Shown piece by piece: positions 11,181 to 22,471 of a DNA stretch of 64,000 nt; within the stretch, counting starts at the first letter, position 1, and each line of letters opens with the position of its first letter. The DNA lies in contig NC_134027.1 in the NCBI RefSeq assembly GCF_964204645.1, positions 22,220,560 to 22,284,559 on the forward strand. The letters are read 5' to 3'. The notes beneath the pieces were generated by a model. It made no database searches and had not been told where the DNA came from. It saw nothing but the letters and a program-made list of their open reading frames with translations. The DNA is from Tubulanus polymorphus (Eukaryota > Animalia > Nemertea). The translations under genes were made by a program, and so were the position numbers.

Positions 11181-14100
11181 ATGAAAATAAGAAGCATGAC
11201 TTACCTCGTTCACATTCTTATGACTTGTTTGCTGATTAACTGCGAATGTTTCGAAACGGGCTCGGTATATTTCGCAGAAGTAGCGACAAGAGGAAACGAT
11301 TACTCGATAGATGGACCGTATCTGTCTATTGATAATAATTCAGCCTCTTTGATCAGTTGCAGCGCCGCGTGTTCACTGGATACTAAATGCAAATCGTTCA
11401 ATTATCACGGAGATTCCAGCGTTTGCGAATTGAGTGACAAGTTACCAATTGGCCCGACGTTCAGGCAAAGAAATGGCACAGCATTTAGATTTAAGGTCAG
11501 TATAGGATATTTTTGCACTATTTTTGCACTATTCAAACAGCATGTTCCATAGAATATGTCCATACGCTGCTTAAGCGTTTACGTAAATTGGCTCTGGATC
11601 CAGTTCGAAAATTGTGCGCTTGATTTCTACTCTCCGGATCAAGTTCCATAGTTGTATTTGTTTGATTTGACTCTGGATCTATGAGTTCCATAATTTGAGG
11701 TCTAATTTGACTCCACAGTTGTATGAGTGTAATTGTGCGGATTAAGTCCCACGATCGAAATATTAGGAAATGACTATAATTCAATTAACTACAAATTTAG
11801 CCTGCTTCAATTTTGGATCAGCATTCTGTGACTGTAAACCAGTGAAAAAAGTGAATAGCACTTTAAAAACCCCAAGCGATCCTTTTTCTAAACATTGTCA
11901 ATATCAATATCAAGAGAGTGGAACCTCGTTACAGCGAATATCAGCACCAGAAAATATGTTTGTTTTCACCGATTAGTCGTTATATCCAGGATGAAATGCA
12001 TTAAATTTTCTTATTTTGGACGGAATTCTATATTTGTTGTATCCAATAAATCGCTGTGTCCGAGTTCAAGCAAAGGAAGGCATTAAAATGAAAAGTTAGT
12101 TTAAACGAAGCGTTAAAACGAGAAATGAAAAAATGTGAAGCAAATTGTTTGAGATTGAGTATGTGGCCCCAAAATCAGCCTTCATTTGAGCTAAATTGAT
12201 TAATAAGTAAATTTGGTTATCAAATTTCAGTGCAGCGTTCTCGAAGATGATTGCCAGCGCTATAGTAAGTTTATAATACGGGATATCGACAAATTCAAGT
12301 TCTGGAATTACGCGTTTGATGGCGCTAGTCAGAACCGGAAATTTGAACCTAAATCCGCCATGCTCTAGTTCTTTTGCAATGAAAATCTCTCGCTTCAAGT
12401 TTTCAATGAGCGATATTTTACTTACTATTTATCGTCACGCATAATCCTTTATATATGATATCCTACCGCTACGATGGATATGATAAAACCTCACTGCAAA
12501 GGCTAGAAATTACTATAAATGTCCTAAAATTATCAAAAAATATTTTGCAACTGCTGACGATGCAAAGACTGGTTGCCAGGTGTCACATGGTGGCAGCACT
12601 TGACGGCCCAATTTTGATTGTTGGTTCGAGTCCTGGTCCTTTTCATATTTTTATTATGAATCTACCAGTTTAGTCCTTTAAAATCAATTTTATTTCATAA
12701 TATTATTTTATGTTTATCAGTGTAGCCTGCAATAAATTTACTTTAAGAGTCCTGAACTCAAAAACAAAGTGATGACACCCGGCACCAGTCATTGCTTCGA
12801 GCGTCATCGCTAAATCTGTTATTTTTGGTAATTTTTTTACATTTCTAGTAATATTTAGCGTTCGAAGTGAGGTTTTATCGAATTCAACACATTGTCAGGA
12901 TATCATATTCAAAGGATTATGCGTGCCGTTTTATAGTAAGTAAAATATCGCTAACTAAAAGATTGAAGCGGGAGATTTTTATCGCAAATGAACTAGAACA
13001 TGGCGGATTTAGGTTCCAATTTCCGGTTTTGACTAGCGCCATCAAACGGGTAATTGAAGAACTTGAATTTGTCGATATCCCGTATTAATCATCAAAGTTT
13101 GAAATATATACAATCTAGAATATCTCTTCTCATAGAGATTTTAAGTTATGGGCAAGTCATACAAAATAAATCTTATTTCATCTTTAACGGTGATTTTTCA
13201 TTATTTTTCGTCATCACCTCAAGTAACCAAAGATAATTTCTCATATTTCGATGGTCACTGCTAGATCGTGGGAACGTATGCCATTTAGCATGATAACTGC
13301 TCATTGAAGAAACTAGCTTATGACGATACGGCCATTTTGTTTCATCTGCAGGTCTGAAACCGGTGTCGTGTACGGATGTGTTGATCAGAGGCGATACCAC
13401 AGACAAGACTTACGATTTGTACCCGATAAAAAGCGCGTATAAACGCAAATTCAGAATCTTCTGCCACGCGATGATGTCACTAACACCTAGAGAGTACCTT
13501 CCACTTCCGGCCGGGCGGAAAAATAACTTCAGCGAGGCAAAGAAAAGCGGGATATATAGAGTGTGGAAGGACTGGTGTTACATCAAATTCTGGCGAGTTC
13601 GTATCTCTATTTGGGTAAGTAAATATTGTATCTTATATCATTGTAATATCTACAGACGTAGGCCTACGTACGTCGTGCTGAATATGATTTATTGTTTGGT
13701 GGTAACCTGTTGATGGTACTTCAAAGTGATATAGATAATACTTTTCTGTACTTGTTGAATAACGAGTATGCGATGAACGTATGCCGTGTCAAATTGACGC
13801 AATAAAGATCTTCCCATTATTCGAGTTAACAGCACGTTGGAAATTAGAGAAAAAAACAACCAATATATTGGAAATCGAAGTTTCTCGACTGGCAGAGAAT
13901 TGTATTCTTTATAACAGAAACGTCGGAATTAATGAGTTGTAAAAAATCTTTATCGAGAAAAGCAGTTTGTCGAACGTACCTGAATACTTTCGCAGTGTAG
14001 TCTTTATGAATTTTCGATGGTAGCCCATTCAACTGTTTTCTAGCGTGATTGACAATAGAGTTTATTGATAGCGTATACATCAGGTCAAAAGTTCAACAAA

Positions 14101-15579
14101 CAAATACGGCGATTTAATTGACTAAAATAGGCCTAATGTCGTCCAAGGATTTCGATTTGAGGAGAATTCTAATTTCGGAAAATGTAAAAAAATGGATATC
14201 GAAGTGTACCGTATACGAAAAATAACGTTATTTTTGTTCATATTTCAGAATTACATCGTTATCAAGACAGATTATAGATTCGCTTCCGTCAATTGTAACC
14301 CGACTAATAAAGTGAAATACGGCGAAGCGAAAGCGTGTGCTAGATACAACTCTGGAATGGGTGCGGCAAGGATTGACTTGACGCAAACCGGATTCAAGAT
14401 AGCCCATGGGGTTAGTTAGCTTAACCTTGAGCATTTATAACTAGACGAATCGAATGGGTTTGTTCAACTGAAAATTGAAGATAATTGCATGATCATTAGG
14501 CCATCTTGACTGTACTTGTGACTATATTCGTTTCATTTGCCGAGAATATTCATCAGAGTCGTTAGTTGAAAATCGATTTTTTTCCGTGGAAGTATACGGT
14601 ATAACGAAAAACCCACACATATAAGAGCAATTTGAAATTGACAAGAATTTATCAATGATTGAGATAGACGTTCTTTGCTAATTTGACAATTGCTAGTGAT
14701 TGCCAAATTCAAAAACCGGAATAAGTAAATAAAAGAGAAAAGTAACTTGAAAGTTAATTGACGCCTTGAAGAATGACTCATACATATTGCTTAATATTGA
14801 CGACAACGATTCATAAATATGACATAGATGATAGGATATTAAGGGCCAATAAAGATATTTTGAATTTAAATATCATATCGATAATTGAATTGAATTGACC
14901 GACAGCCAGTCTAGCTCCGATATATTAATGGTGTAGCGTACATTCTCTCAAAATTTTTAAAAAAGATATGAAATCAAATGAAAAATATGAGTCATATGAT
15001 TAGTTCAATCACAAAACAAAACGCCAATTTTGATAATTGTTTTTTTCAAACGCCAATATTGATAACGTAATGCACATCGAGTAGCACAAAACCCCTTAAA
15101 TAACGCACAGTTCAATGTATGTTAACATTATCGTAATGGTTTTGACGACGCGAAATGATAATCGTGAAAATTACATTTGGTTAAAATAACCGCCAAAGTA
15201 GTTTATAGTTGCCGCAATGTGCTTCTCTCTGTCTCCAGTCTTAAGTTTTTGATAATTTTGAATTGATTCTAATTGAAAACAGAGAAACAGGTCTACAGCT
15301 GCATTAGCAAACCTGTAATATCCTCATGGAATCCTCGCTTGTCACCACAGCGTCGCCGTTATCCTATGCGCCAGGCCTGGCATAACCTTGCTACCGTTCC
15401 CTCGACGTCTATTGCTAACTATTTTATAATTTCAGGTAACGTGGAAGAAATACGGATACGGTAGATGGAACATGGTCGGCCCGACGTTTACTGCCAATAG
15501 ACAAATCATGAATATCAAATGCCGCGCACAATGCGGGGGATGCAATAACAATAACGCTCTTCAGTTGACACCGTTGTAA
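11181..15579 (+). CDS. Secreted PAN/Apple + GON-domain protein, copy 1 (305 aa, 5 exons)
   Basis: Exons 11181-11495, 12231-12264 (34 nt), 13352-13614, 14249-14410 and 15436-15579, all GT-AG and phase-compatible (0,1,0,0). Signal peptide; PAN motif CSAACSLDTKCKSFNY...CEL; GON motifs IFCHAM...PREYLPL, NNFSE, F.RVRI, DY.FA, YGEAKAC, IDLTQTGF, CRAQCGGC as in the ADAMTS9/20/GON-1 C-terminus. Confidence 0.88.
11590..11720. repeat. Degenerate ~40-bp minisatellite in intron 1 (also at about 22880-23010 and 34757-34887)
   Basis: Three to four imperfect copies of tttgactctggatc...agttccata.ttg. Confidence 0.5.
12278..13083. mobile_element. Non-autonomous DNA transposon with ~300-bp imperfect TIRs, only in unit 1
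   Basis: Ends acgggatatcgacaaattcaagttc... and ...gaacttgaatttgtcgatatcccgt. The empty site in units 2 and 3 (gtaattaatcatc) is consistent with an AT dinucleotide TSD. Confidence 0.9.
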
Positions 15580-18360
15580 AATAACGCCCTAAAATCCCAC
15601 AATTACAGAACGAATGTCGAATATTGATGTATATTATATAGTCGATCTAATTAAACCGGTCAAGCTTTGTGTACGGCATTAAAGTGCGTGTGTCAAGTAA
15701 CACTGCGTTCACCGGTTAGTGTTATAACAGCAAATGACCGTTGACAGTCGACAGCTAGAGTAAACGATGAAAATAGGTTACAGCCTGTCAACCGGTCGAC
15801 CATTACTTAAGCTATCTTCCATCTTTATTTTCTGTTGGTCGGATGTATACATTCTACGTATCTCTAAACGCCCTCTCTACGACATTTTAACGTGCGCAGG
15901 CCCTTAACTACACATGGTTTGGTATTCACAGATTGTTACGCAATCATACGTCATAACATTCCACCGACCCATGTATGGAATGTTTACGTTCCTACACACG
16001 TCACATTATTCTAAAAATTCTTTTTGCACTCGCCGTAGCCCATGGCCTAACCATTGGTTTCGCTTCGCTGTGAGAATTTTCAAGTTATTCCAAGACATGT
16101 TTATTTACATAACTATTTATTGTTTATGTATGGCGCCAGTAGAGTCTGATGATAGCAACACTGGCCATGAACTCCAACTCTCGTATTTTCTTGTTCGTTA
16201 TTTATTGTTCGACCGCTGATAGCTGAAAGCTCAATAATATATTTCCTGAAAGCCCAACAATATATTTCCTAAAAGCTAAAAAACCGATTTTACTATTTCC
16301 GACACCAGGCAAGTTGACTTGTAAATGAACCTGCCTAGCGTTGAAAACCACATTCACGAATAAACGCACCATAATTTCCGTATAAGGAAAATGTATCTCT
16401 CGATACAAATTCAAGCATGAATCCCGACGTATCAACCTTTTCGGAGTCTTTCTTTTTGCATCATGGAATCGTACCTATCATCGTTTCAACACGGACAGTG
16501 GGTTTCACCAAGGTGGAAAATATGCATTTCCATTTACTTAAGGCCACGCAAAGAAATACCTTAGTTATGTAATCAATTTTTTGGAAAGTAACGAGAGGGG
16601 TTAAATTTTATTTCAATTGCTTTAAAAAAAGATTGAAATACAAAGTTCAACCAGAGACTTATAGAAGAGACGCCAGAAGGAAGTTTTTCTACTAATGCCA
16701 CGAACAAATACTAGTAATGCAAGAAGAACATTTGCAGAAACTTAATTTAGAATTAAGAAGCTACTTTAACCTAAAAAATCAAACTATATCGACTCATATC
16801 GAAACGGAGACAAAAATTTCTGCTATTTTCACGCTTCATCGAAATGAGGTAAAATGAAACGAACTCAACCGTTGTCACAGTAAAATGTGGATTACCTATT
16901 TGGGAGGGTGAGCATATAAACGACCGCAGAATAAAAACGCTGTCGCACAATATACAGCTATGTGGGCGAGCAGATTTTGATTTTTGTTGAGAAAATTGAT
17001 GCTTTCCCGATGCGGGCGAGCGCATTTGCTTTTTTTTATTGGGGAACTTGTTTATGACGCGGGCGGCATTTGACTTTCTTAAGATACTAGGGTATTTCTC
17101 TGAAATGGCACTAAATATTCCTAATATTTCCAATGCATATTTCTCATAGCATGAATAGTTTAGAAATATCGCTTTCATTCCCAAAACCACTTTGGATTCG
17201 AGAAACTCTAGCACACCGAATGCTTGTCTTTTCGGAGAATGTGCATTCTCTTGCACCTGTTCTGCCTCTCACTGAAATTCCATATTTGAACTTCAATCGA
17301 CCATTTATCAGAAGTTTTGGAGTCTTATTTATTATGTTGACAGTCAAATGACATATACATTTGCGGGAAAAGTTACAAAATGTCAAATTATGAGGTACGC
17401 ACACCCAAAACAAAGCGAAATATCCCAAAAAGATCGTGGACAATCAAAAATAAATAGACTTTAGTCGTGATTGCTTCCTTCTATCGGCTAGGCGTGGGAG
17501 ATTAAAGCCGGGCGTAGGTCGGCTTTGTATACAACTGGGCAAAAATACGTCATGCATGGTTGAGCGCTACCGTGTTTTTGAATGGCTTTAAAAATTGAGA
17601 AGAACCAAAATTACAGATTGTTCCATTGTGTATATTCAATGTTGATGACCAGTTGCCAGGTGAAAAAAAATTGATTCAAAATCACGAAATTACTGGTTTA
17701 CATTCCGTGTGATGTTTCCCTGTGGAGAATTGTAAAAACCAAGGTATTTTAACTATCGCCAGCAGGAATTGAAGATTTCGTGTTCAGAAGGTAACAGATT
17801 TTGAGAAATTTTGAATCCGATGTGTCAATATTCGACGTCGAGCTCAACAGTGCAATGGTTAGAATGGTTATGAAGGTGAACAAATTTCAGAGAAGCTTAA
17901 TTAGTAAAGCGGAGCAATACTTATATTAAGGAGATATCTGTCTGTGTTGATATGATTATCATGTCATCAATCCTAAATGACAGCGGATCATTTATTGATA
18001 AACGCTCCTAATGCAATAAGCCTTATCACTTGTACTGGTTCGACTTGGTTCGATACGGTTCGTATTTGCCTCACAATAACGCGCACGCCGTGAATGTAAA
18101 GCGCCCGCACGACATCCAGGAGCATCGTTGCCTAATTTAGTTTCACAACTTGTACCAAAAGCTACAACGTTAATTATACATGTACTTCGATCAGCTTTCA
18201 TCATGAACTGAAATAGTTGACTGTATACGACTCATTCGTTTTATCATAATGAAAAAGAACTTTTCCAGTAAAATGGGATTCTCTCTTGTCCTCTTTGATA
18301 TCAGATGTAGGTATTTGTGTTTGTTTAAAAGCAGGATTAACGGTGATCGGATATATATCA

Positions 18361-18965
18361 GGCCACACCAAAAAATCCTATTTCTCGGGCGGGGCAATCA
18401 CCAAAATGGGTAGATAGGTAGGACATTTTCTTTTCTTGTTATAGAAAAAAAGATCGTTTATTCTTCTATCAGTGGGTAGGTTGCCGTAAATAATTTTTAC
18501 TGGACTAAATTTTTAGTCAGGAATATGATTAACAGCTAGTAGACCACAATAATAAAAGGAAATTGAGGTGTTTGTACAATTAACTATAAAAAAACTATAT
18601 TTTGAGCATATTTCACGGAATTCCTGGAATTTTAAAATCCAAGGTCGCCATCAAAGTCCGATTAGCAAAGTTGTCTTAGCATGACTGAGCCATTTCCAGA
18701 ATCAAATTTTAAATCCGATATAATAAAATGTTTTTATGATGTTGATCTCAGTGCCGACATCACGATTTGATATTTAAAAAAATTTACGAGAAAGGAGAGT
18801 TTGGTAGTCGGTCGGCCACATATATATTTTTGAAAAAAGTTATTTCACCTAAAATTTTCAAAAAGGGTCGGTAGGCGATTATACTTTATTTTGAAAACGA
18901 TTATTTGAAATGGGGAAATATCGGGTCGGTCGGGACGGAAAACAGGGTTTTCCTTTGGTGTGGCC
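18361..18965. mobile_element. PIF/Harbinger-type (Tourist-like) MITE, about 605 bp
   Basis: TIR ggccacaccaaa...tttggtgtggcc flanked by a 3-bp TSD tca/tca. Confidence 0.8.
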
Positions 18966-19288
18966 TCACTGGGATCTGCTGTAAGTTCATATACTTAATA
19001 TAAAATGACTACTGAATATATCACAAGGTTATACAACCGACGGGATGTAGCCGAATCTCGTTGATAAAAACACCTAGTTCTGTTTGGATTTTGGACTTTA
19101 TCCTGACTGAAAATAGCCTCTGGGTTCTTGGTTATAACGATGAAATACATACAACTCGATTGAAGTGATTACGAAGTCAGATAACATATGCATCCACAAT
19201 AAGTCGAGTCGATATCGAAGTTTTTTTCTCAAATGACGCTGGAAGATATTTGAAACACATGCATAAACACGGGAGTATCGTGTCCGTT

Positions 19289-19579
19289 CTAATCGCAACG
19301 CGTCCGTCTTAAACAGCGACACGCCCTCCCAAAACCTTTTAACAATTTCACCGTTTCGACCCTGAATCTATCGTTGGTTGCACAATATACGATATAATTC
19401 ATGGTTGAGTCTAATGGAGTCATTATGTCGTATCCTATCATTGATAGCTTTCCCATCACGTGTGGATCGTTATGTCTCGGCTGTGGCAAGCCTGCTTGCA
19501 CTAGGATATATTCATAAACGCCAATCGACGTAGGAAATTCTAAAACGATGAACAACATAACAATGGCAACGATTCTGAG

Positions 19580-19584
<5 letters not shown>
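19289..19584 (-). pseudogene. 3' remnant (TM6-TM7 and C-tail) of the 354-aa GPCR
   Basis: Matches 42806-43088, then an internal deletion of about 570 bp with gattc filler joins it to the tgagaaata/(TA)n junction. Confidence 0.9.

Positions 19585-19669
<85 letters not shown>
19583..19669. repeat. (TA)n tract at duplication junction 1/2
   Basis: Visible TA tract followed by atgagcgctgctttt and the start of unit 2. Confidence 0.95.
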
Positions 19670-19670
<1 letters not shown>

Positions 19671-22471
19671 GAGCGCTGCTTTTGAATTCCAGATATTTTC
19701 CAGGATTTCTCCAATTTCTCAGAATCGCCAAAAAATGTTTCAAATTGAGAAATAGTCAAATTGTCTAAAAGAAGCGACTATGTCTATGATCTCTCCACTT
19801 ACTGTATAGAACGTTGTTAACAACGTCAAAATCAGCTTCAAGTTCGTGTCCATAGTCAGCTATGCGACAAGAAATGTGTAAAACAAACGAATAGCAATTC
19901 GTGTGCTTTATGAAATAATCACAATATTTGGCGCATAACTCTCATTCGTTTCGTGGCAATTGGCAGTAATTTCTCAAAACATATATACATGTTCTAATTT
20001 CCAGACAGGGAATCTATTTGAAATTATACGTCATGACATAACCACAAAATGTTACTGATTAAGTAATAGCCTCTTCTGTAATAAGGGGCGTAACGTGGTA
20101 CGACCTTGTTTGGTCGGCGTGCACAACGGGGTACCCGTTGTGCTGCTGTGGCAATCGAGGATTCCATTTATGGCAGGCGAGGATCCGACAGGGTCGCTAG
20201 TAACTATACCGATATCCGAGTAGAAGAATGAAAGTATTGTATGTTTGGTGAGTGCCGTGATAATATATGGATTCGGGAGTCTAAAACTCATGTTCATAGT
20301 TCATCGAAAATGAACTAATTTTGACCAAGGACGAATTACTGCTCATCACGCCATCTGGCGGGATAGTTGGTTTTGCTGGAACCCACCACGGGTTTGACTA
20401 TATCGTCGGGTACCCCATTCCAATGAGCGGAAGTTAATAGGATGTTTGAGCCTGAGCTTGAAAGTTATGATCATAGGCAGATATTGAGCTCTATGGCCAA
20501 CACATAACATCATAAATTGGTCCGCTAATAAAGTGTTTTGTGGTATAGATGACACGTTTGTATGAATTTGTGCTGAAAATAGATAATTTGTCAGGAATTA
20601 AGGACCAAAAATTGGCAATATTTTTGATACAAACTGAGAAAGTATGAAAACATTTGAGAACGCGTTTACTGTTTTTGAATATACACGGGGTGTATTTCGA
20701 ACATGCTTTAAATTCCGGTACTGCTGTGCATTTCGGTGTGAGAATGATAACGGTCTGTTTATCAATGATTGAAAAAATGGAACCACGTTTTTAAGATACT
20801 TTATCAACATGTCTTAGTTAAAACAAAAACAAAAATCACAGGAAATAATACGTAGAGCTTAGGTTTCAATTTTACTTATCATGAGGACTCTACGTTCGAC
20901 TGTGGCAATCGACGATTCCACTTGTGGCAAGCGGGGATCCACCAGGTTGACAGGATCGCCGCACTGATTTGCACGCCATCTAGTGGGATAGCCGGTGGCA
21001 CGGAGTCCTCATCACGAAGTGGTACTTTCACAAATTCGTTCAATTCTTACCCAACCTCACTATAGCTACGCACCTGAAAGTTGATTGATATCGAGGGATT
21101 ACATTGATTAACAGGGGATTTTAGCTAACAGTGAATTATTGAGGTAATCTCAACAGAAGCCTTTTTTCGTAAAACGTTCGGATGATGTATGCTTCGTTGC
21201 ACGGCAAGATATCAAGTTTCATTAGTCAAGATAACACAACGTCTTTGAAAGCTTAAGCCGTGTGTGAACGTGAACGGCCCTTCGGGAAAGCAAATTTGGA
21301 AAGTTATTCTAGACGAAAATATTTCAAATGCAAAACGAATTCGGCCTTTTTGCCTTGTCATCCCTTGCGAATTCAATTTGAATCTGACCCCAATTCTAAA
21401 GATTGGGGATTCAATTTGGTGGATAGAATTTTAAAAAGTCGCATAATGAAAGTGAACAAATTCTGGCCCATTTCGATTCATTGCCTCATTTATGGAATTT
21501 GTATAAACCAGGTAAAAATGCAGGTGCAAATTAGCATTCCGTGACTGTAAATCGGGCCGCTTCTATTGGAAATAATAAACTAATTATTAATGGTGTGAAT
21601 ATCAATTCTCCACGTTGAAGTCTTAAAAACGAAATTCGATATATTCTCAAAACGTTTCTCTTTCCTGATATTGCAGTGAAGCATAGTATCCATAATTGTA
21701 GTCAACGCACATTTACAATACATTTTACGTAAATTCGTTTATTGAATTTCAGTGTAAAAGAAGTATCTTGGAGATTACGTGCCAGTGGTACAGTAAGAAC
21801 ATAATCTATATTATTATGTATCATCAACGTTTGAAGATTCCTTTCCCCGCTCGTATCTTCTTAAAACATTATTTTCATGTTAGGTTGCTGTTCATCCTTC
21901 TTCAGAAAATGTACATCCACGTGTTTTAGCGACGTCCTATTGTCAGCGACCTGAAAGGAGAGTTCCATCAGCTTTAAGGCACCATTCGACTCTATAGATT
22001 TCAGTAAGGACAAAAAGACAATGATTAATTCAATTATTTGTACAATCAAATTTTACCACACGTTGCTAAAGATGTGGAACAAGTCCCGGGCGTCAAGTAA
22101 CGTTTGTTGATTGTTTATATATCAATATAACGGCTTTAGCGACATTGGCTGTGTTATAGGACAACCAGCGGGAAAAATGGCTTCAACGAAAGCTGCAATT
22201 ATCTATTGTTCTATTCGAAAAACGCGCTGAAGATTCGGCTTGGAAAACTAGTCGATATTGTCGCCAGTCTATTGATCTCCAATTAGATGAAATAGTTGAT
22301 AGTTTCAGCCATATTCAATTTTTTTGAAAAACAATGAGTTTACCGTGCAGCATGTCAGTGTTTCTTTGTTTCGATATTTTAATAATAGATGAGCTACGCT
22401 TCGCGTTCAAAAAGGATGTAATTCACTACTCTTTGTAGATTCGCAGTTAGAGGGAAGAAATTGCGACGGCA

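Larger units (their letters stand above)
8287..19584 (+). repeat. Tandem segmental duplication unit 1 (about 11.3 kb)
   Basis: Colinear and highly similar to 19683-31420 and 31530-43677. Begins tgaattccagatattttcc and ends tgagaaata before (TA)n. Confidence 0.95.

Noticed and set aside
11590-11720. Spaced ~40-bp repeats as a possible CRISPR-like array
   Set aside because: Degenerate tandem units without unique spacers, in an animal intron, with no cas genes.
12615-12640. B-box-like ggttcgagtcc
   Set aside because: No cloverleaf or A-box can be built, so no tRNA or SINE is supportable.
12096-13088. Paired opposite-strand ORFs containing KREIFIA.ELEHGGFRF
   Set aside because: Mirror translations of the transposon TIRs.
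16771-17256. 161-aa ORF repeated in all three units
   Set aside because: No recognisable domain or ATG start. Its conservation is explained by recent duplication, and it is deleted in the right arm.
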